Positions 39,675 to 51,577 are shown, counted from the stretch's first letter. The stretch: DNA of 64,000 nucleotides from an uncultured Alphaproteobacteria bacterium (GCA_902526865.1 CABZMK010000003.1:14640-78639), one strand, 5' to 3'. Notes: a model not told the origin generated them from the letters alone. Program-made: numbers and translations.

Positions 39675-40439
39675 TTATTTAAGATTTTTTACAAATTGCT
39701 GAGCCGTCCTTCCAGAAAAATTCCCTTTTTCAACTGACCAATTTAAAGCTTTTCTCTCTAAATGCTTCGAATATTTAATTGAGCTTTTCTTTAAATAATA
39801 CTTTACAATGTTAATATATTGTTCCTGACTAGAGTCATAAAAACCGACCCAACACCCGAATCGATCAGATAAGGATATTAGATTTTGATTATTTTCTTTA
39901 CTTTCAATATCATTATTTAAAATATCTGTTCTTCGATGCGATAGATGTCTTAAATTTGAAGTTATATAATAACGAACATTTTCAACATGACTTAGAAGAC
40001 TTCCTTCAATGAGTGTTTTAAATAAATTGAAGTTGTCATCATTATCTTTAAATGAAATATCATCAATAAAAATAATGAATTTATATTCATATTTACTTAG
40101 TTGGTACACAATATCTATTAAGTGCTCAATATTGTTGTTTAGTACTTCCAGCATTTTTAAGTCTTCACTAAATTCTTTATTACAATAATCTACAACGCAC
40201 TTTACTAATGTTGACTTGCCCATTCCTTTTGCTCCCCAAAGTAAAATATTATTTGAAAATTTATTTTCCAAAAAATTTGTTGTGTTTTTAAGAACAACAT
40301 CTTTTTGGTAACTAATTTCTAAAAGATCTTCTAGCTTCACATAAAAATTTGTTTTTATAGGTTCTAACTTATTACTTCTCGGAATAAAAATAAAAAAGTT
40401 ATTTTCTTTTAGTTGTTTGACATTGTTAATAACACTCAT
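39675..40439 (-). CDS. AAA-type ATPase, DUF815 family
   Basis: 254 aa. Walker A GAKGMGKST and Walker B-like FIIFIDD. Conserved position upstream of yajC-secDF. Confidence 0.7.
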   Translation of the reverse strand: MSVINNVKQLKENNFFIFIPRSNKLEPIKTNFYVKLEDLLEISYQKDVVLKNTTNFLENKFSNNILLWGAKGMGKSTLVKCVVDYCNKEFSEDLKMLEVLNNNIEHLIDIVYQLSKYEYKFIIFIDDISFKDNDDNFNLFKTLIEGSLLSHVENVRYYITSNLRHLSHRRTDILNNDIESKENNQNLISLSDRFGCWVGFYDSSQEQYINIVKYYLKKSSIKYSKHLERKALNWSVEKGNFSGRTAQQFVKNLK

Positions 40440-40546
40440 AACTTTTTCATATTTTAATCAAATTCTTATTTTATACTTGTATTTATAAAGATTTTCTATA
40501 TTGATTTCATTGTATTTAAATGTAAACAATTATTTAAAGGAATATC

Positions 40547-40846
40547 ATGATTAATTATGCTCATGCTCAAGCAGCTGCTCAACAGCCATCGATGCTAGCC
40601 TCATTCATTCCATTAATTTTAATTTTCTTAATTTTTTACTTTCTTCTTATTAGACCACAACAAAAAAAACAAAAAGAGCATAAAGTTCTCTTAGCATCAA
40701 TACAAAGAGGTGATGAAATTTTATCAAGTGGAGGAATCATAGGAAAAGTTATAAAAGTAGACAATGATAAACTTACAGTTGAAATATCAAAAGGTGTAAA
40801 CGTTACTATCATCCGATCAACTGTTGCTGATGTAATTAAAAAATAA
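40547..40846 (+). CDS. yajC: Preprotein translocase subunit YajC
   Basis: 99 aa. Single TM, then LIRPQQKKQKEH and GGIIGKV motifs. Confidence 0.9.
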   Translation: MINYAHAQAAAQQPSMLASFIPLILIFLIFYFLLIRPQQKKQKEHKVLLASIQRGDEILSSGGIIGKVIKVDNDKLTVEISKGVNVTIIRSTVADVIKK

Positions 40847-40853
40847 AAACAAA

Positions 40854-42429
40854 ATGTTAAAAATTAATAAATGGAACGTTTTTTTTGTTTTGGCAGTTTG
40901 CGTGACAGCAATATATTATATTATTCCAAATATTTATGGAAAAAGTGAAGTTACTGCACTTCCAAAATTTCTTTCACAAAAGCAAGTTAATTTAGGACTT
41001 GATCTTCAGGGTGGATCACACCTCCTTCTTGAGGTTGACACCAAATCAGTTTTAAAAGAAAAATCTGAAGATCTAGTTGATGATATTAGAAAGTCATTGA
41101 GGAAAACAAAAATTAAGTACTCTAATCTTGGTTCAAAAATTACAGGTGCAGTAGTAACGATTACCGAACCAGAAAAAATAACTACAGCCAAAAACAGTAT
41201 TAAAGAAAATATTGAAAAGGGTATTTTAATTGAAGAATCCAAAAATAAATTAAACCTATTTTTTTCTGATCAATATATCATTGATACTAGAGCTAATACC
41301 GTGGAACAATCTATTGAAGTTGTAAGGAAAAGAGTTGATGAATCCGGAACAAAAGAACCCTCTATTCAAAGACAAGGAGAAGAAAGAATTGTTGTTCAAC
41401 TTCCAGGAATCAAAAATCCGGAGAGAGTTAAAGCTTTAATAGGTAGAACCGCAAAACTGAATTTTCATATGCTAGATCCAACCACAGTAGAGCTGGCTGA
41501 ACAAAGAGGAAAACTTCCACCTGGAACTTTTAAAGCCTTAAATTCTGATCCAACAGCTTATGAGAAACAGTTTGTCGTTAAAAAAAAGAGTACTACTAAC
41601 TGGGGAAAGGCTCAAAAATGCTGCTGCGACTGTTGACGCACAAACTGGAAGATATGTGGTTGCTTTTGAATTTGATAAGAAGGGCGCAAAGAAATTTGCT
41701 AGAGTTACTACCGATAATACTTATCAAAGGTTAGCAATTCTTCTTGATAATAAAGTAATAAGTGCTCCTCAGATAAGAGAACCAATTACTGGAGGTCAGG
41801 GAAACATTAGTGGTAATTTTTCACCTGAAACTGCCAACGATTTAGCGGTTCTTTTAAGAGCTGGATCTCTTCCAGCTCCTATTAAAGTGTTAGAGGAGAG
41901 AACAGTAGGTCCTAGTCTTGGAATTGATTCCATAGAAGCAGGTAAAAAAGCATTAGTAATTGGTTTTATTTTAGTAATAGTATTTATGATTATAAGATAT
42001 AAAGCATTTGGAATTGTTGCTGATCTTGCCATAATTTTCAATATCATATTGTTGATTTCGATGTTGAGTGCGATAGAAGCTACCTTAACGATGCCGGGGA
42101 TAGCTGGGATAGTTTTAACGGTTGGTATGGCAGTCGACGCAAATGTTTTGGTATTTGAAAGAATAAAAGAGGAAATAAGGTCTGGAAGATCAATTTTGAA
42201 CTCTATTGATTTAGGTTATAAGTTTGCAATAAAAACAATTTTAGATGCAAATTTTACAACTCTTATTGCGGCACTTTTATTATACAATTATGGATCAGGA
42301 CCAATTAAAGGTTTCGCAGTAACGCTGAGCATTGGTATATTAACATCAATGTTTACAGCATTAATTTTAACTAAACTTATAGTAACTTTTTGGGTCCTCA
42401 AGCTAAAACCGAAAAGATTGTATATTTAA
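40854..42429 (+). pseudogene. secD: Protein translocase subunit SecD, interrupted by a one-base frameshift in an A8 tract (41580..41587)
   Basis: ORFs 40854..41636 and 41560..42429 carry the N- and C-terminal parts of SecD in different frames. The N-terminal part has LGLDLQGG and QLPG. The C-terminal part has RVLLTGERL, GPSLG and the 6-TM bundle. Removing one A joins them as ...QFVVKKRVLLTGERL.... It lies between yajC and secF. Confidence 0.85.
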
Positions 42430-42434
42430 AGACC

Positions 42435-43316
42435 ATGAAATTTAATATTAATTTTTTCAAATACAGATTTGTTGCTTTTTTATTGTCCATATCATTGATG
42501 GGATTGTCAGCCTTCCTATTTCTGACCAAAAACTTGAATCTTGGTATTGATTTTAAAGGTGGAATCATGGTCGAAGCTAAATTTTCTAAAGCACCTAATC
42601 TTGCTGTATTGAGAGACCAAATAGACAAATTGCAAATTGGAAACTCTGAAATACAGGAATTTGGTGATTCTAACACAATTTTATTCAGATTAGAAAAAAT
42701 TGATGATAGTAACATGACTCAAGAGCAAATTATTCAAAAATTAAAAAATGAATTAGATGATGATACTGATTACAGAAGGGTTGAATTCGTTGGACCCAAA
42801 GTTGGTAAAGAGCTTAAATCAATCGCAATAAAAGCGGTGTTATTCTCTTTAATTGCAATGTTCATTTATATTTGGTTTAGATTTTCTGGATGGCAGTTTG
42901 GTCTTGGTGCTTTAGTAGCTCTGTTTCACGATGTTCTTTCAACTATGGGTTTTTTTTCTTTAACACAAATAGAGTTCAATCTCGCTTCGATTGCTGCTAT
43001 TTTAACTATTGCAGGCTATTCAATTAACGATACAGTTGTTGTATTTGACAGAATAAGAGAAAATTTAATTAAAACTGACAGAGCGTTAGAGGAAATGTTA
43101 AATCAATCTATTAATCAGACTTTGTCAAGAACGTTAATGACTTCAATTACTACACTTTTAGCTTTATTGGCATTATTTATTTTTGGAGGAGAAGTAGTAA
43201 AAGGTTTTGTTTCTGCAATGATGTGGGGAGTTCTGATTGGCACGTACTCCTCTATATTTATTGCCTCTCCATTAATATTATTTTTTGGGTTTAAAAAAGT
43301 AGAAGAAAAATCATAA
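42435..43316 (+). CDS. secF: Protein translocase subunit SecF
   Basis: The start is placed at MKFNINFFKYRF, after the secD stop. LGIDFKGG and INDTVVVFDRIRE motifs. Confidence 0.9.
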   Translation: MKFNINFFKYRFVAFLLSISLMGLSAFLFLTKNLNLGIDFKGGIMVEAKFSKAPNLAVLRDQIDKLQIGNSEIQEFGDSNTILFRLEKIDDSNMTQEQIIQKLKNELDDDTDYRRVEFVGPKVGKELKSIAIKAVLFSLIAMFIYIWFRFSGWQFGLGALVALFHDVLSTMGFFSLTQIEFNLASIAAILTIAGYSINDTVVVFDRIRENLIKTDRALEEMLNQSINQTLSRTLMTSITTLLALLALFIFGGEVVKGFVSAMMWGVLIGTYSSIFIASPLILFFGFKKVEEKS

Positions 43317-43619
43317 ATGAAATTTTATTGATGATTTAGAAATAGAAAAAACTATTTGACCTAGTATATTGCATTCTTTTATAGGTCCAACTTGTGTTTT
43401 TGAAATACTAGATTGATGCTCCCCTTCAAACCAAAAACGATTTGAAGAATCTTTTTTGATTAGCTTTTTTACCAATTTGCCGTAAGTCTCATGTTGAAAA
43501 ATGAAAAATTTATTAATTTTTTTTTTTTTTGAAGGTTTAATTAATACAAACGTATTGTTATTTAAAGAAGGAGACATGCTATCTCCTTCAATTTTATAGA
43601 TAGAGAATTTTAAAAACAT
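43311..43619 (-). CDS. sodX: Ni-superoxide dismutase maturation protease (S26/S24-type, SodX-like)
   Basis: 102 aa. Catalytic-serine motif GDSMSPSL. Its start overlaps the sodN stop by 1 nt (TAATG). Confidence 0.7.
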   Translation of the reverse strand: MFLKFSIYKIEGDSMSPSLNNNTFVLIKPSKKKKINKFFIFQHETYGKLVKKLIKKDSSNRFWFEGEHQSSISKTQVGPIKECNILGQIVFSISKSSIKFHL

Positions 43620-44122
43620 TAATTTTTTAAATCAGGATAAACTAACTCTTGTTCAGGTGGATATGGACTAACAGCTTTAAATGTTTTGACGTTTTTTGAA
43701 TCCCAAAAGATTTCAGAAAATCTATTAACCTTCTCTAGTAGGTCAAGCGTTGCTGATTTATCAACGTTTTGTTTAGCTTTTGAGGCAGCTAACATAATTG
43801 AGTGCGTCAATGTATGGAGTTCAGGGTATTTTTCAAGTTGCGGTTCTTTAATATAATCACCCCATATAACTCTTATTTCATCTTTAACTTTATGCCCATG
43901 CTCCTCTTTTTGAGCTATAAGTCGAGAAATTTGAGCGTGATCTTTGGAAGTTAAAGAATCTTTTTTTTCAATTTCTTCTATTAAATCAATAAGTCGTATC
44001 ATTGTTAAAACTGCGATCTGAGATGTTATTGGGTCATAAATTTTACAAGGAATATCGCAATGTGCTGAAACTTTCTTAAAAGGTCTAATTTTGTCTATAT
44101 TATTAAATATTTTATATATCAT
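43619..44122 (-). CDS. sodN: Nickel-containing superoxide dismutase precursor
   Basis: 167 aa. An N-terminal propeptide is followed by the Ni-hook HCDIPCKIYDP. Confidence 0.9.
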   Translation of the reverse strand: MIYKIFNNIDKIRPFKKVSAHCDIPCKIYDPITSQIAVLTMIRLIDLIEEIEKKDSLTSKDHAQISRLIAQKEEHGHKVKDEIRVIWGDYIKEPQLEKYPELHTLTHSIMLAASKAKQNVDKSATLDLLEKVNRFSEIFWDSKNVKTFKAVSPYPPEQELVYPDLKN

Positions 44123-44207
44123 TTTTGGTCCCTAATCTAATGTGTTTATTCAAGTTGTTATTATTTAATTTATATGTGTATATAATATATTATTTTTTTT
44201 AAAAAAA

Positions 44208-44813
44208 GTGCAATCTCAAATGAACAAAAAGAAAAAAGGTCTATTCTATACTAGATACCTTCAAAAACAGATATATTTTAGAAAAAATGATGTAGTAAAT
44301 GCACTATTTAATTTAGAAAAATATCTTTTTGAAAATTTTGAATTTAATCAAGATATACCAATGTCTCATATTAAACAGAAATGGATTTATGATTGTATTT
44401 GTAAAGATGACTATTCGAACGCAATATCAAGTCAATTTAAAGTTTTTTCTGAAGGAGGGTTAAAAAAAAGGGTTCTTTCATTAATTAATACATTTAGTCA
44501 AATACCTAACTTATCTGGGACAAAAAACTTTTTACATGAATTCAAAAAGTTCAACCATGAGTTTAATAAATTACTTACTTTAGAAAGTAGTAATAATTTT
44601 AAAACATATATTTATTTCCAAATTATTTTTTTGTTTTACTCAAAGAAATTTAAATTAGAAGAAGATTTTGTAAACAAAATCCCTTTGGATTATAAATTAG
44701 TAGATATTTTTGAAACAATTTTTTTAGAAATATTTCTTAAAAAAAAAAATTACAAAATTTCAAAAGTTTTTTATTTATCTAAACTTTTAATTAGACTAAT
44801 AATAAAAAAATGA
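44208..44813 (+). CDS. Hypothetical protein (201 aa)
   Basis: ORF only. GTG start in the track, with an alternative ATG at 44220. No recognised motif. Confidence 0.35.
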   Translation: MQSQMNKKKKGLFYTRYLQKQIYFRKNDVVNALFNLEKYLFENFEFNQDIPMSHIKQKWIYDCICKDDYSNAISSQFKVFSEGGLKKRVLSLINTFSQIPNLSGTKNFLHEFKKFNHEFNKLLTLESSNNFKTYIYFQIIFLFYSKKFKLEEDFVNKIPLDYKLVDIFETIFLEIFLKKKNYKISKVFYLSKLLIRLIIKK

Positions 44814-45067
44814 AATATTACATTCTTAATACAATTTTTATTATATTGATAAATGTTCTTTTGTTTTTAGCAATTAACAGTCATCAAGTTTTTGCATTTA
44901 TTCTTATAAATTTTTTATTTTTTTTGTTGAGTTTTGGGTTGAAAAAAATTCTCAATTCTCAAACTTCTAATAAAGAAAATAATGATCATTCCAGATCTAA
45001 GGATACACAAGAAACTGCGGAAGATCATCCTATAATCAGATCAGCTAGAAAAAGGTTGGGAAAGTAA
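44810..45067 (+). CDS. Hypothetical small membrane protein (85 aa)
   Basis: Two predicted TM helices and a charged C-terminal tail. 4-nt overlap with the upstream ORF. Confidence 0.35.
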   Translation: MKYYILNTIFIILINVLLFLAINSHQVFAFILINFLFFLLSFGLKKILNSQTSNKENNDHSRSKDTQETAEDHPIIRSARKRLGK

Positions 45068-47893
45068 TTATTTTTTTAAAAATTCATTGAGACATTTACT
45101 TGTATCATTATTATTTTTTGCTAACAAATGTTCAACTGTTCCTTCAAATAAGATATGACCTCCCTTATCTCCACCTTCAGGACCTAGGTCTATAATCCAA
45201 TCTGATGTTTTAATCACGTCTAAATTGTGTTCAATAACAAGTACGGTATTTCCTTCAACAACAAACTTGTGAAGAATTTCTAGAAGTTTTCGTACATCGT
45301 GCGTATGCAAACCAGTCGTGGGTTCATCAAGAATATACATAGTTCTGCCAGTTGATCTTTTTGAAAGTTCTTTTGCCAATTTAATTCTTTGCGCTTCGCC
45401 TCCAGATAAGGTTGTAGCTGACTGTCCTATTTTAATATATTCTAGCCCTACTTTTTTTAGTGTTTCGAGTTTTTTAGAAATTGAGGGAATGGCTTTGAAA
45501 AACTCTAAGCCTTCTTCTACAGTCATATTTAATACATCAGATATATTTTTATTTTTAAATTTTACTTCCAGTGTTTCTCTGTTAAATCTTCTCCCTTTGC
45601 ATAAGTCACAAGTTACAAACACGTCTGCGAGAAAATGCATTTCTATCCTCAATAGTCCGTCACCTTGACAATTTTCACATCTCCCTCCTTTAACATTAAA
45701 AGAAAATCGACCTGGTTTATATCCTCTGGCTCTAGACTCTGGAAGTTGTGAGTACCATTCTCTTATAAAGTTAAAACACCCAGTATATGTAGCAGGATTA
45801 GATCTTGGTGTTCTACCAATCGGTGTTTGATCTATTTGAATTATTTTATCAAGATTTTCATGTCCTTTAATTTCTTCATGAGAAAGAGGTTGTTCGCTTG
45901 AGTTATAGATTTTTTTTGATAAGGATTTAAAAAGGGTTTCTATTACCAAAGTTGATTTTCCACCACCCGATACCCCAGTAATACTGATGAACTTTTTGAG
46001 AGGAAACTTTACGTTTAAGTTTTTCAGGTTATTTCCATTTGCACCCTTTATTTCGACATATTTATTATCCATCAATTTATTATTCTTATTTATTGGAATA
46101 ATTAGTTTTTTCGATAAATATGCTCCTGTTAAACTTTTACTATTTTTAATTATTTCACTAGGTTTGCCTTCAGCTATTATATTACCTCCATTTACCCCAG
46201 CTCCAACTCCTACATCAATCACATAATCACTTTCTAGAATAGTCTCTTCATCGTGTTCAACGACAATTAATGAATTCCCAAGATCTCTGAGTCTTTTTAA
46301 TGTGCTGATTAGTTTTTTATTATCTCTTTGATGCAGTCCAATTGATGGTTCGTCCAGCACATATAAAACGCCAGTTAAACCTGATCCAATTTGTGAAGCT
46401 AATCTTATCCTTTGACTTTCTCCACCTGATAATGTGTTGGAACTTCTAGATAACTGAAGGTATCCTAAACCAACGTTGTTAAGAAAAGATAATCTATCAA
46501 TTATTTCTTTAATAATTTTATCTGAAATTTTTTTTTTATAATCAGACAAAGATTTTTCTAAATTCATGAACCACTGTAAAATTTTTTCAATTGATAGATT
46601 TGTGATCTCACTGATATCCTTATGGTTAATTTTAACTGCTAATGCCTCTTTTTTTAACCTCGCTCCACCGCATGTTTCACAACGAAATTTGCTTAAATAT
46701 TTATTAAGTTCTTCTCTTTGCCACATATCTGATCTTTTTAACTTATTTTCTAAAAATCCCACTACTCCATTAAATTCTTTGCTGTAATTCCAACCTGTGT
46801 AATTATTAAAAATATTGATCATTTTATTGTCACCAAATATTACTTTTGTTTTCTTCTCTTCAGTTAGGTCTTTCCATTTTTGATTTGGATTTATAGAACA
46901 ATGCCTGGCTACTTCTTTTGTTAATTCTTGATAAAATTGGTTATTTTTATTCCATGGAAGAATAACACCTTCATTTAGAGATAATGAGGGATTGCCAATA
47001 ATAAGCTCTGGGTTAAATTTTTCTTTGTAACCAAGACCGTCACAAGACTTACAGGCTCCATTGGGACTATTAAAAGAAAATAGTCTTGGCTCTATTTCTT
47101 CAATAGTGAAACCTGAAATTGGACATGCAAATTTTGATGAAAAAATAAAATTTTTTTTTTCAACTACATCATAAAAATAAATGACTCCATCAGACAAACC
47201 TATTGCAGCTTCGATTGATTGCGCTATTCTACTTTCGTATTTTTTATCAACCTCTATCCTATCAACTATGATATCAATTGAATGATTTTTTTTCTTGTCA
47301 AGTTGAGGAATATTTGAAGAGTCACAAACTTTCCCATCAATTCTAAATCTCATAAATCCTTTTTTAATAAAATCAGTAATCTCTTTTTTAAACTCACCCT
47401 TCCTGTTATTTATCACAGGGGAAATTAAATAAAACTTTTGTTTTTTTTTGAATTTATAAAATTCGTCGACAATTTCTTGAACACTCATTGATTTAATTTC
47501 TTTTCCAGTTTCTGGAGAGTAAGGAGTTCCAATTCTTGCAAATAAAACTCTAAAGTAATCATATATTTCTGTAACTGTGCCGACGGTTGATCTTGGATTT
47601 CTAGATGTTGTTTTCTGATCAATTGATATAGATGGTGATAACCCTTCTATGGAATCAACATCAGGCTTCTCCATCATATTTAAAAATTGTCTAGCATAAG
47701 AGGACAAACTCTCCACGTATCGTCTCTGACCTTCTGCATAGATCGTATCAAAAGCCAGCGATGATTTACCTGAACCTGATAGACCACTAATAACAACAAA
47801 CTTATTTTTAGGAATATTTACATTAATGTTTTTAAGATTGTGTTGTCTTGCTCCAACTATTTTTATAAAGTTTAGATTGTCCTTTGATTTCAT
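45068..47893 (-). CDS. uvrA: Excinuclease ABC subunit A
   Basis: 941 aa. Two ABC modules ([18 protein letters not shown]), LSGGE signatures and zinc-finger CxxC pairs. Confidence 0.97.
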   Translation of the reverse strand: MKSKDNLNFIKIVGARQHNLKNINVNIPKNKFVVISGLSGSGKSSLAFDTIYAEGQRRYVESLSSYARQFLNMMEKPDVDSIEGLSPSISIDQKTTSRNPRSTVGTVTEIYDYFRVLFARIGTPYSPETGKEIKSMSVQEIVDEFYKFKKKQKFYLISPVINNRKGEFKKEITDFIKKGFMRFRIDGKVCDSSNIPQLDKKKNHSIDIIVDRIEVDKKYESRIAQSIEAAIGLSDGVIYFYDVVEKKNFIFSSKFACPISGFTIEEIEPRLFSFNSPNGACKSCDGLGYKEKFNPELIIGNPSLSLNEGVILPWNKNNQFYQELTKEVARHCSINPNQKWKDLTEEKKTKVIFGDNKMINIFNNYTGWNYSKEFNGVVGFLENKLKRSDMWQREELNKYLSKFRCETCGGARLKKEALAVKINHKDISEITNLSIEKILQWFMNLEKSLSDYKKKISDKIIKEIIDRLSFLNNVGLGYLQLSRSSNTLSGGESQRIRLASQIGSGLTGVLYVLDEPSIGLHQRDNKKLISTLKRLRDLGNSLIVVEHDEETILESDYVIDVGVGAGVNGGNIIAEGKPSEIIKNSKSLTGAYLSKKLIIPINKNNKLMDNKYVEIKGANGNNLKNLNVKFPLKKFISITGVSGGGKSTLVIETLFKSLSKKIYNSSEQPLSHEEIKGHENLDKIIQIDQTPIGRTPRSNPATYTGCFNFIREWYSQLPESRARGYKPGRFSFNVKGGRCENCQGDGLLRIEMHFLADVFVTCDLCKGRRFNRETLEVKFKNKNISDVLNMTVEEGLEFFKAIPSISKKLETLKKVGLEYIKIGQSATTLSGGEAQRIKLAKELSKRSTGRTMYILDEPTTGLHTHDVRKLLEILHKFVVEGNTVLVIEHNLDVIKTSDWIIDLGPEGGDKGGHILFEGTVEHLLAKNNNDTSKCLNEFLKK

Positions 47894-47967
47894 TTTCTTA
47901 AAAACTTTTAAAAGATTTATATTTTATTTGGAGTAATTATGATATTATAATTTTTTTTATTATAACA

Positions 47968-48429
47968 ATGGCCGGATCAGTTAATAAAGTTATATTACTT
48001 GGAAGATTAGGAGGAGACCCAGAAATCAGAGTTTCTCAAGAAGGAACAAAAATAGCTAGGTTCTCAGTTGCCACAAGTGAATCTTGGAAAGACAAGACGA
48101 CAAACGAGAAAAAAGAAAAAACGGATTGGCATAAGATTGTAATTTTCTCAGCTGGGCTATCTGAAATAGTCGAGAAATTTCTTAAAAAAGGTTCTTTAGT
48201 ATATTTAGAAGGTCAAATTAGATCCAGAAAATTCAATGACCAAGCCGGCGTTGAGAAAACGACTACAGAAATAATACTCCAAGGTTATAATTGTCAGTTG
48301 ACAATGTTAGACAACAAATCCGATGATTTTCAGAGATTGAATTCCCCTAACATTGAAAACTCTTCTGTTGAAAAAAAAATTGATGAATCTCCGCAAGATT
48401 TTGATATTGAGGATGAAGTCCCTTTTTAA
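47968..48429 (+). CDS. ssb: Single-stranded DNA-binding protein
   Basis: 153 aa. OB fold starting NKVILLGRLGGDPE, and acidic C-terminal tail DIEDEVPF. Confidence 0.93.
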   Translation: MAGSVNKVILLGRLGGDPEIRVSQEGTKIARFSVATSESWKDKTTNEKKEKTDWHKIVIFSAGLSEIVEKFLKKGSLVYLEGQIRSRKFNDQAGVEKTTTEIILQGYNCQLTMLDNKSDDFQRLNSPNIENSSVEKKIDESPQDFDIEDEVPF

Positions 48430-48441
48430 TGCAAAAAATTT

Positions 48442-51078
48442 ATGATTGACGATAGTAAGCCAGAAGATATAGAACACGAAAGCATTTTTATAGAAAGAGA
48501 AATGGAGAACTCCTTCCTAGACTATGCAATGAGTGTAATAGTTTCTAGAGCTTTGCCAGATGTATGCGATGGGTTAAAACCAGTTCACAGAAGAATTATT
48601 TATGCAATGAATGAAGCCGGGTACACGTCAGGCAAACCTTCCAGGAAATCTGCAAGAATTGTTGGTGATGTTATGGGTAAATACCACCCACATGGTGATT
48701 CTGCTATATATGACGCAATGGTTCGATTGGCCCAGGATTTTAGTATGAGAGTTCCGCTTATTGATGGCCAAGGAAACTTCGGTTCAATGGATGGAGATTC
48801 TGCAGCTGCTATGAGATATACAGAAGCTAAATTATCTCCAATTGCTTCATTTCTCGTACATGATATTGACAACGAGACCGTCAATTTTAAAGAAAATTAT
48901 GATGGAACAGCTTTTGAACCAGAACTACTCCCTGCTGAGTTTCCAAACTTATTGATAAATGGTTCAGAGGGAATTGCTGTAGGTATGGCAACCAAAATTC
49001 CTCCACATTGTCCAAATGAAATTATTGATGCATGTTGTAAAATTATTTTAGAACCTAACGCCTCAGATGAAGATTTACTTGACTTAGTGAAAGGACCAGA
49101 TTTCCCAACCGGAGGAATAATTGTTGGGAAAAATGGTATCAAAGACGCTTATTCGAAAGGAAAAGGTTCAATAATAATAAGAGCTAAAACATCTGTAGAA
49201 AACTCAAAAAAAGGGAGAGAATCGATAATTATTTCAGAGATTCCTTATTCAATAAAGAAGTCTCAATTAATTGAAAATATTGCAAAAGTAGCAAAAGAAA
49301 AGATTATAGATGGAATTTCCGAACTGAGAGATGAATCCAACAGAGAAGGAGTGAGAGTTGTAATTGATTTAAAAAGAGATATTCAAGCTGATGTGGTAAT
49401 GAACCAATTATACAAATTTACCTCATTGCAGACTTCTTTTGGAATAAATATGTTGGCATTAAACAATGGCGTTCCAGAACTATTAAATTTAAGAAGATAT
49501 TTAGAACTTTTCACAAAGTTTAGGAAAGATGTTGTTTATAAAAGAACGAAATATCATTTAAAAAAAACAAGAGAAAAGGCACACATACTATTAGGACTTT
49601 CTGTAGCTCTAGAAAATATTGACCAAATAATTGAACTTATTAAATCCTCCAAAGATTCAAATGATGCAAAAAACAAATTGACTTCTCAAAATTGGAAAAT
49701 CCCATCTGATGATTTCATAAAAGATTTTATTAACTCTGATAATGAAGGCTTAGTTGAAACTGATAACTATAAGATCACTGATACTCAAGCTAAAGCAATT
49801 TTAGAGATTAAGTTGAGTAGACTAACAGGGTTAGAGAGATCGAAATTAATTTATGATTTGAAGGAATGTGTTAATTTAATAAATAAGTTTTTAAAAATTT
49901 TATCTTCAAAAGATAAACTTAACGAAGTAATTATTGAAGAATTACAACAAATAAAAGAAAAAATAGGATCTTTACGACAAACAGAGATTTCAGAGAGTGA
50001 AGAAATCATTGATGACGAATCACTTATTAAGTCCGAGGATGTAGTAGTTACCTTAACGCATACAGGATATATAAAAAGGGTTCCACTAAATTCTTATAGA
50101 GCACAAAAGCGAGGTGGAAAAGGCAGAGCTGGAATGACAACTAAACAAGAAGACTTTGTAAGCGAGGTTTTTGCAGTAAATACTCTTGCTCCATTACTAT
50201 TTTTTTCATCAAGAGGAATAGTGTATAAACTGAAAACATACAAATTACCGATTGGAAGCCCGACCTCTAAAGGTAAAGCTTTGGTAAATTTACTCCCTTT
50301 AAGAAGTGGAGAAAAAATAACAGCAATAATGCCATATGATGTTTCAGAAAATAATATAATTTTTGCCACGTCTTCAGGAAACATTAGGAGAAATAAACTT
50401 ACTGATTTTCACAACATCAATTCAAACGGAAAAATTGCTATGAAACTAAATGAAAACGACATGCTGGTTAATGTATTAACATGCTCAGAAGATTCAAATA
50501 TCTTTTTGTCAACAAAACTAGGAAAATGTATTAGATTTTCATGCAGTGATCTCAGAATTTTCTCAGGTAGATCCTCAATAGGCGTGAGAGGTATAAAACT
50601 CTCAAAAGGTGATACGGTTATTTCCTTAGCGATTCTTAACGGTATTGACTTTGATGTAACTGAAAGAGACGAGTATTTGAGAATAAGCACTTTAATGAGA
50701 AAAAATGAAAAGATAGAAAATAATAATTTTAATGATGCAAAGTTTGAAAATTTGAAAGAAAATGAAGAATTTATTTTAAGTGTGACAGATAAGGGTTTCG
50801 GTAAAAGAAGCTCTGCTTTTGAATACAGAAAAACAAAAAGAGGTGGACTTGGTATTGCAAATATGCAATTAAGCGAAAGAAATGGAAGTCAGGTGGTAGC
50901 GTCTTTTCCAATTAATAACAGTGATCAGCTAGTTCTAGTTACAGACAAGGGGAAGTTAATTAGATGTCCTGTAAATGACGTAAGAATTGGAGGAAGACAA
51001 ACTCAGGGTGTAACGCTTTTTAATGTATCTGACGAAGAAAAAGTTGTTTCCGTTGCTAAATTAGAGGAAAATGACTGA
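48442..51078 (+). CDS. gyrA: DNA gyrase subunit A
   Basis: 878 aa. Active-site tyrosine in [11 protein letters not shown], a QRDR-like region ([13 protein letters not shown]) and C-terminal beta-pinwheel repeats. Confidence 0.97.
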   Translation: MIDDSKPEDIEHESIFIEREMENSFLDYAMSVIVSRALPDVCDGLKPVHRRIIYAMNEAGYTSGKPSRKSARIVGDVMGKYHPHGDSAIYDAMVRLAQDFSMRVPLIDGQGNFGSMDGDSAAAMRYTEAKLSPIASFLVHDIDNETVNFKENYDGTAFEPELLPAEFPNLLINGSEGIAVGMATKIPPHCPNEIIDACCKIILEPNASDEDLLDLVKGPDFPTGGIIVGKNGIKDAYSKGKGSIIIRAKTSVENSKKGRESIIISEIPYSIKKSQLIENIAKVAKEKIIDGISELRDESNREGVRVVIDLKRDIQADVVMNQLYKFTSLQTSFGINMLALNNGVPELLNLRRYLELFTKFRKDVVYKRTKYHLKKTREKAHILLGLSVALENIDQIIELIKSSKDSNDAKNKLTSQNWKIPSDDFIKDFINSDNEGLVETDNYKITDTQAKAILEIKLSRLTGLERSKLIYDLKECVNLINKFLKILSSKDKLNEVIIEELQQIKEKIGSLRQTEISESEEIIDDESLIKSEDVVVTLTHTGYIKRVPLNSYRAQKRGGKGRAGMTTKQEDFVSEVFAVNTLAPLLFFSSRGIVYKLKTYKLPIGSPTSKGKALVNLLPLRSGEKITAIMPYDVSENNIIFATSSGNIRRNKLTDFHNINSNGKIAMKLNENDMLVNVLTCSEDSNIFLSTKLGKCIRFSCSDLRIFSGRSSIGVRGIKLSKGDTVISLAILNGIDFDVTERDEYLRISTLMRKNEKIENNNFNDAKFENLKENEEFILSVTDKGFGKRSSAFEYRKTKRGGLGIANMQLSERNGSQVVASFPINNSDQLVLVTDKGKLIRCPVNDVRIGGRQTQGVTLFNVSDEEKVVSVAKLEEND

Positions 51079-51577
51079 TAATCTTATTACGGGAATTTAT
51101 CCTGGAACATTTGACCCTGTTACGTTCGGGCACCTTGACATTATCCAACGAGCTTCTCACATTGTTAATAAATTGATCATAAGTGTTGCAGAAAATAAAC
51201 ATAAAAAGCCTTTTTTTCAAATAGACGAGAGAATTAATATGATTAAAGAGTCGTTAAACGGTATTGATACTAAAAGTTGTGATATAGGCGTTGTAGGTTT
51301 TGATAATTTGTTAGTCGAACATGCAAAAAAATGTGAAGCAAAAGTTATCATCAGAGGCTTAAGAGCTGTAGCAGATTTTGAATATGAGTTTCAGATGGCA
51401 GGTATGAATTCAAAGTTAGGGCCTGAGATAGAAACAATTTTTTTAATGGCATCCGAAAATCTTCAGTTAACTTCTGCAAGATTTGTGAAAGAAATTGCAT
51501 TGTATGACGGTGAGATTAATAATTTTGTTCCAGACAACGTTCTTAGAATGTTTGAAATTAAAAGAAAGGAAAAATAA
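51071..51577 (+). CDS. coaD: Phosphopantetheine adenylyltransferase
   Basis: 168 aa. [13 protein letters not shown] nucleotidyltransferase motif. Confidence 0.93.
   Translation: MTDNLITGIYPGTFDPVTFGHLDIIQRASHIVNKLIISVAENKHKKPFFQIDERINMIKESLNGIDTKSCDIGVVGFDNLLVEHAKKCEAKVIIRGLRAVADFEYEFQMAGMNSKLGPEIETIFLMASENLQLTSARFVKEIALYDGEINNFVPDNVLRMFEIKRKEK

Noticed and set aside
42398-42715. 105-aa ORF antisense to secF. Similar antisense ORFs lie in uvrA (45318..45668), xthA/erpA (29639..29989) and the 13409..13744 region.
   Set aside because: All lie within strongly supported conserved genes on the other strand and have no recognisable motifs. They are the expected long antisense ORFs of low-GC DNA.
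47894-47967. SOS/LexA operator in the divergent uvrA-ssb intergenic region
   Set aside because: I looked for the alphaproteobacterial GTTC-N7-GTTC / GAAC-N7-GAAC direct repeat and for the CTGT-N8-ACAG palindrome. Neither is present in this AT-only spacer.
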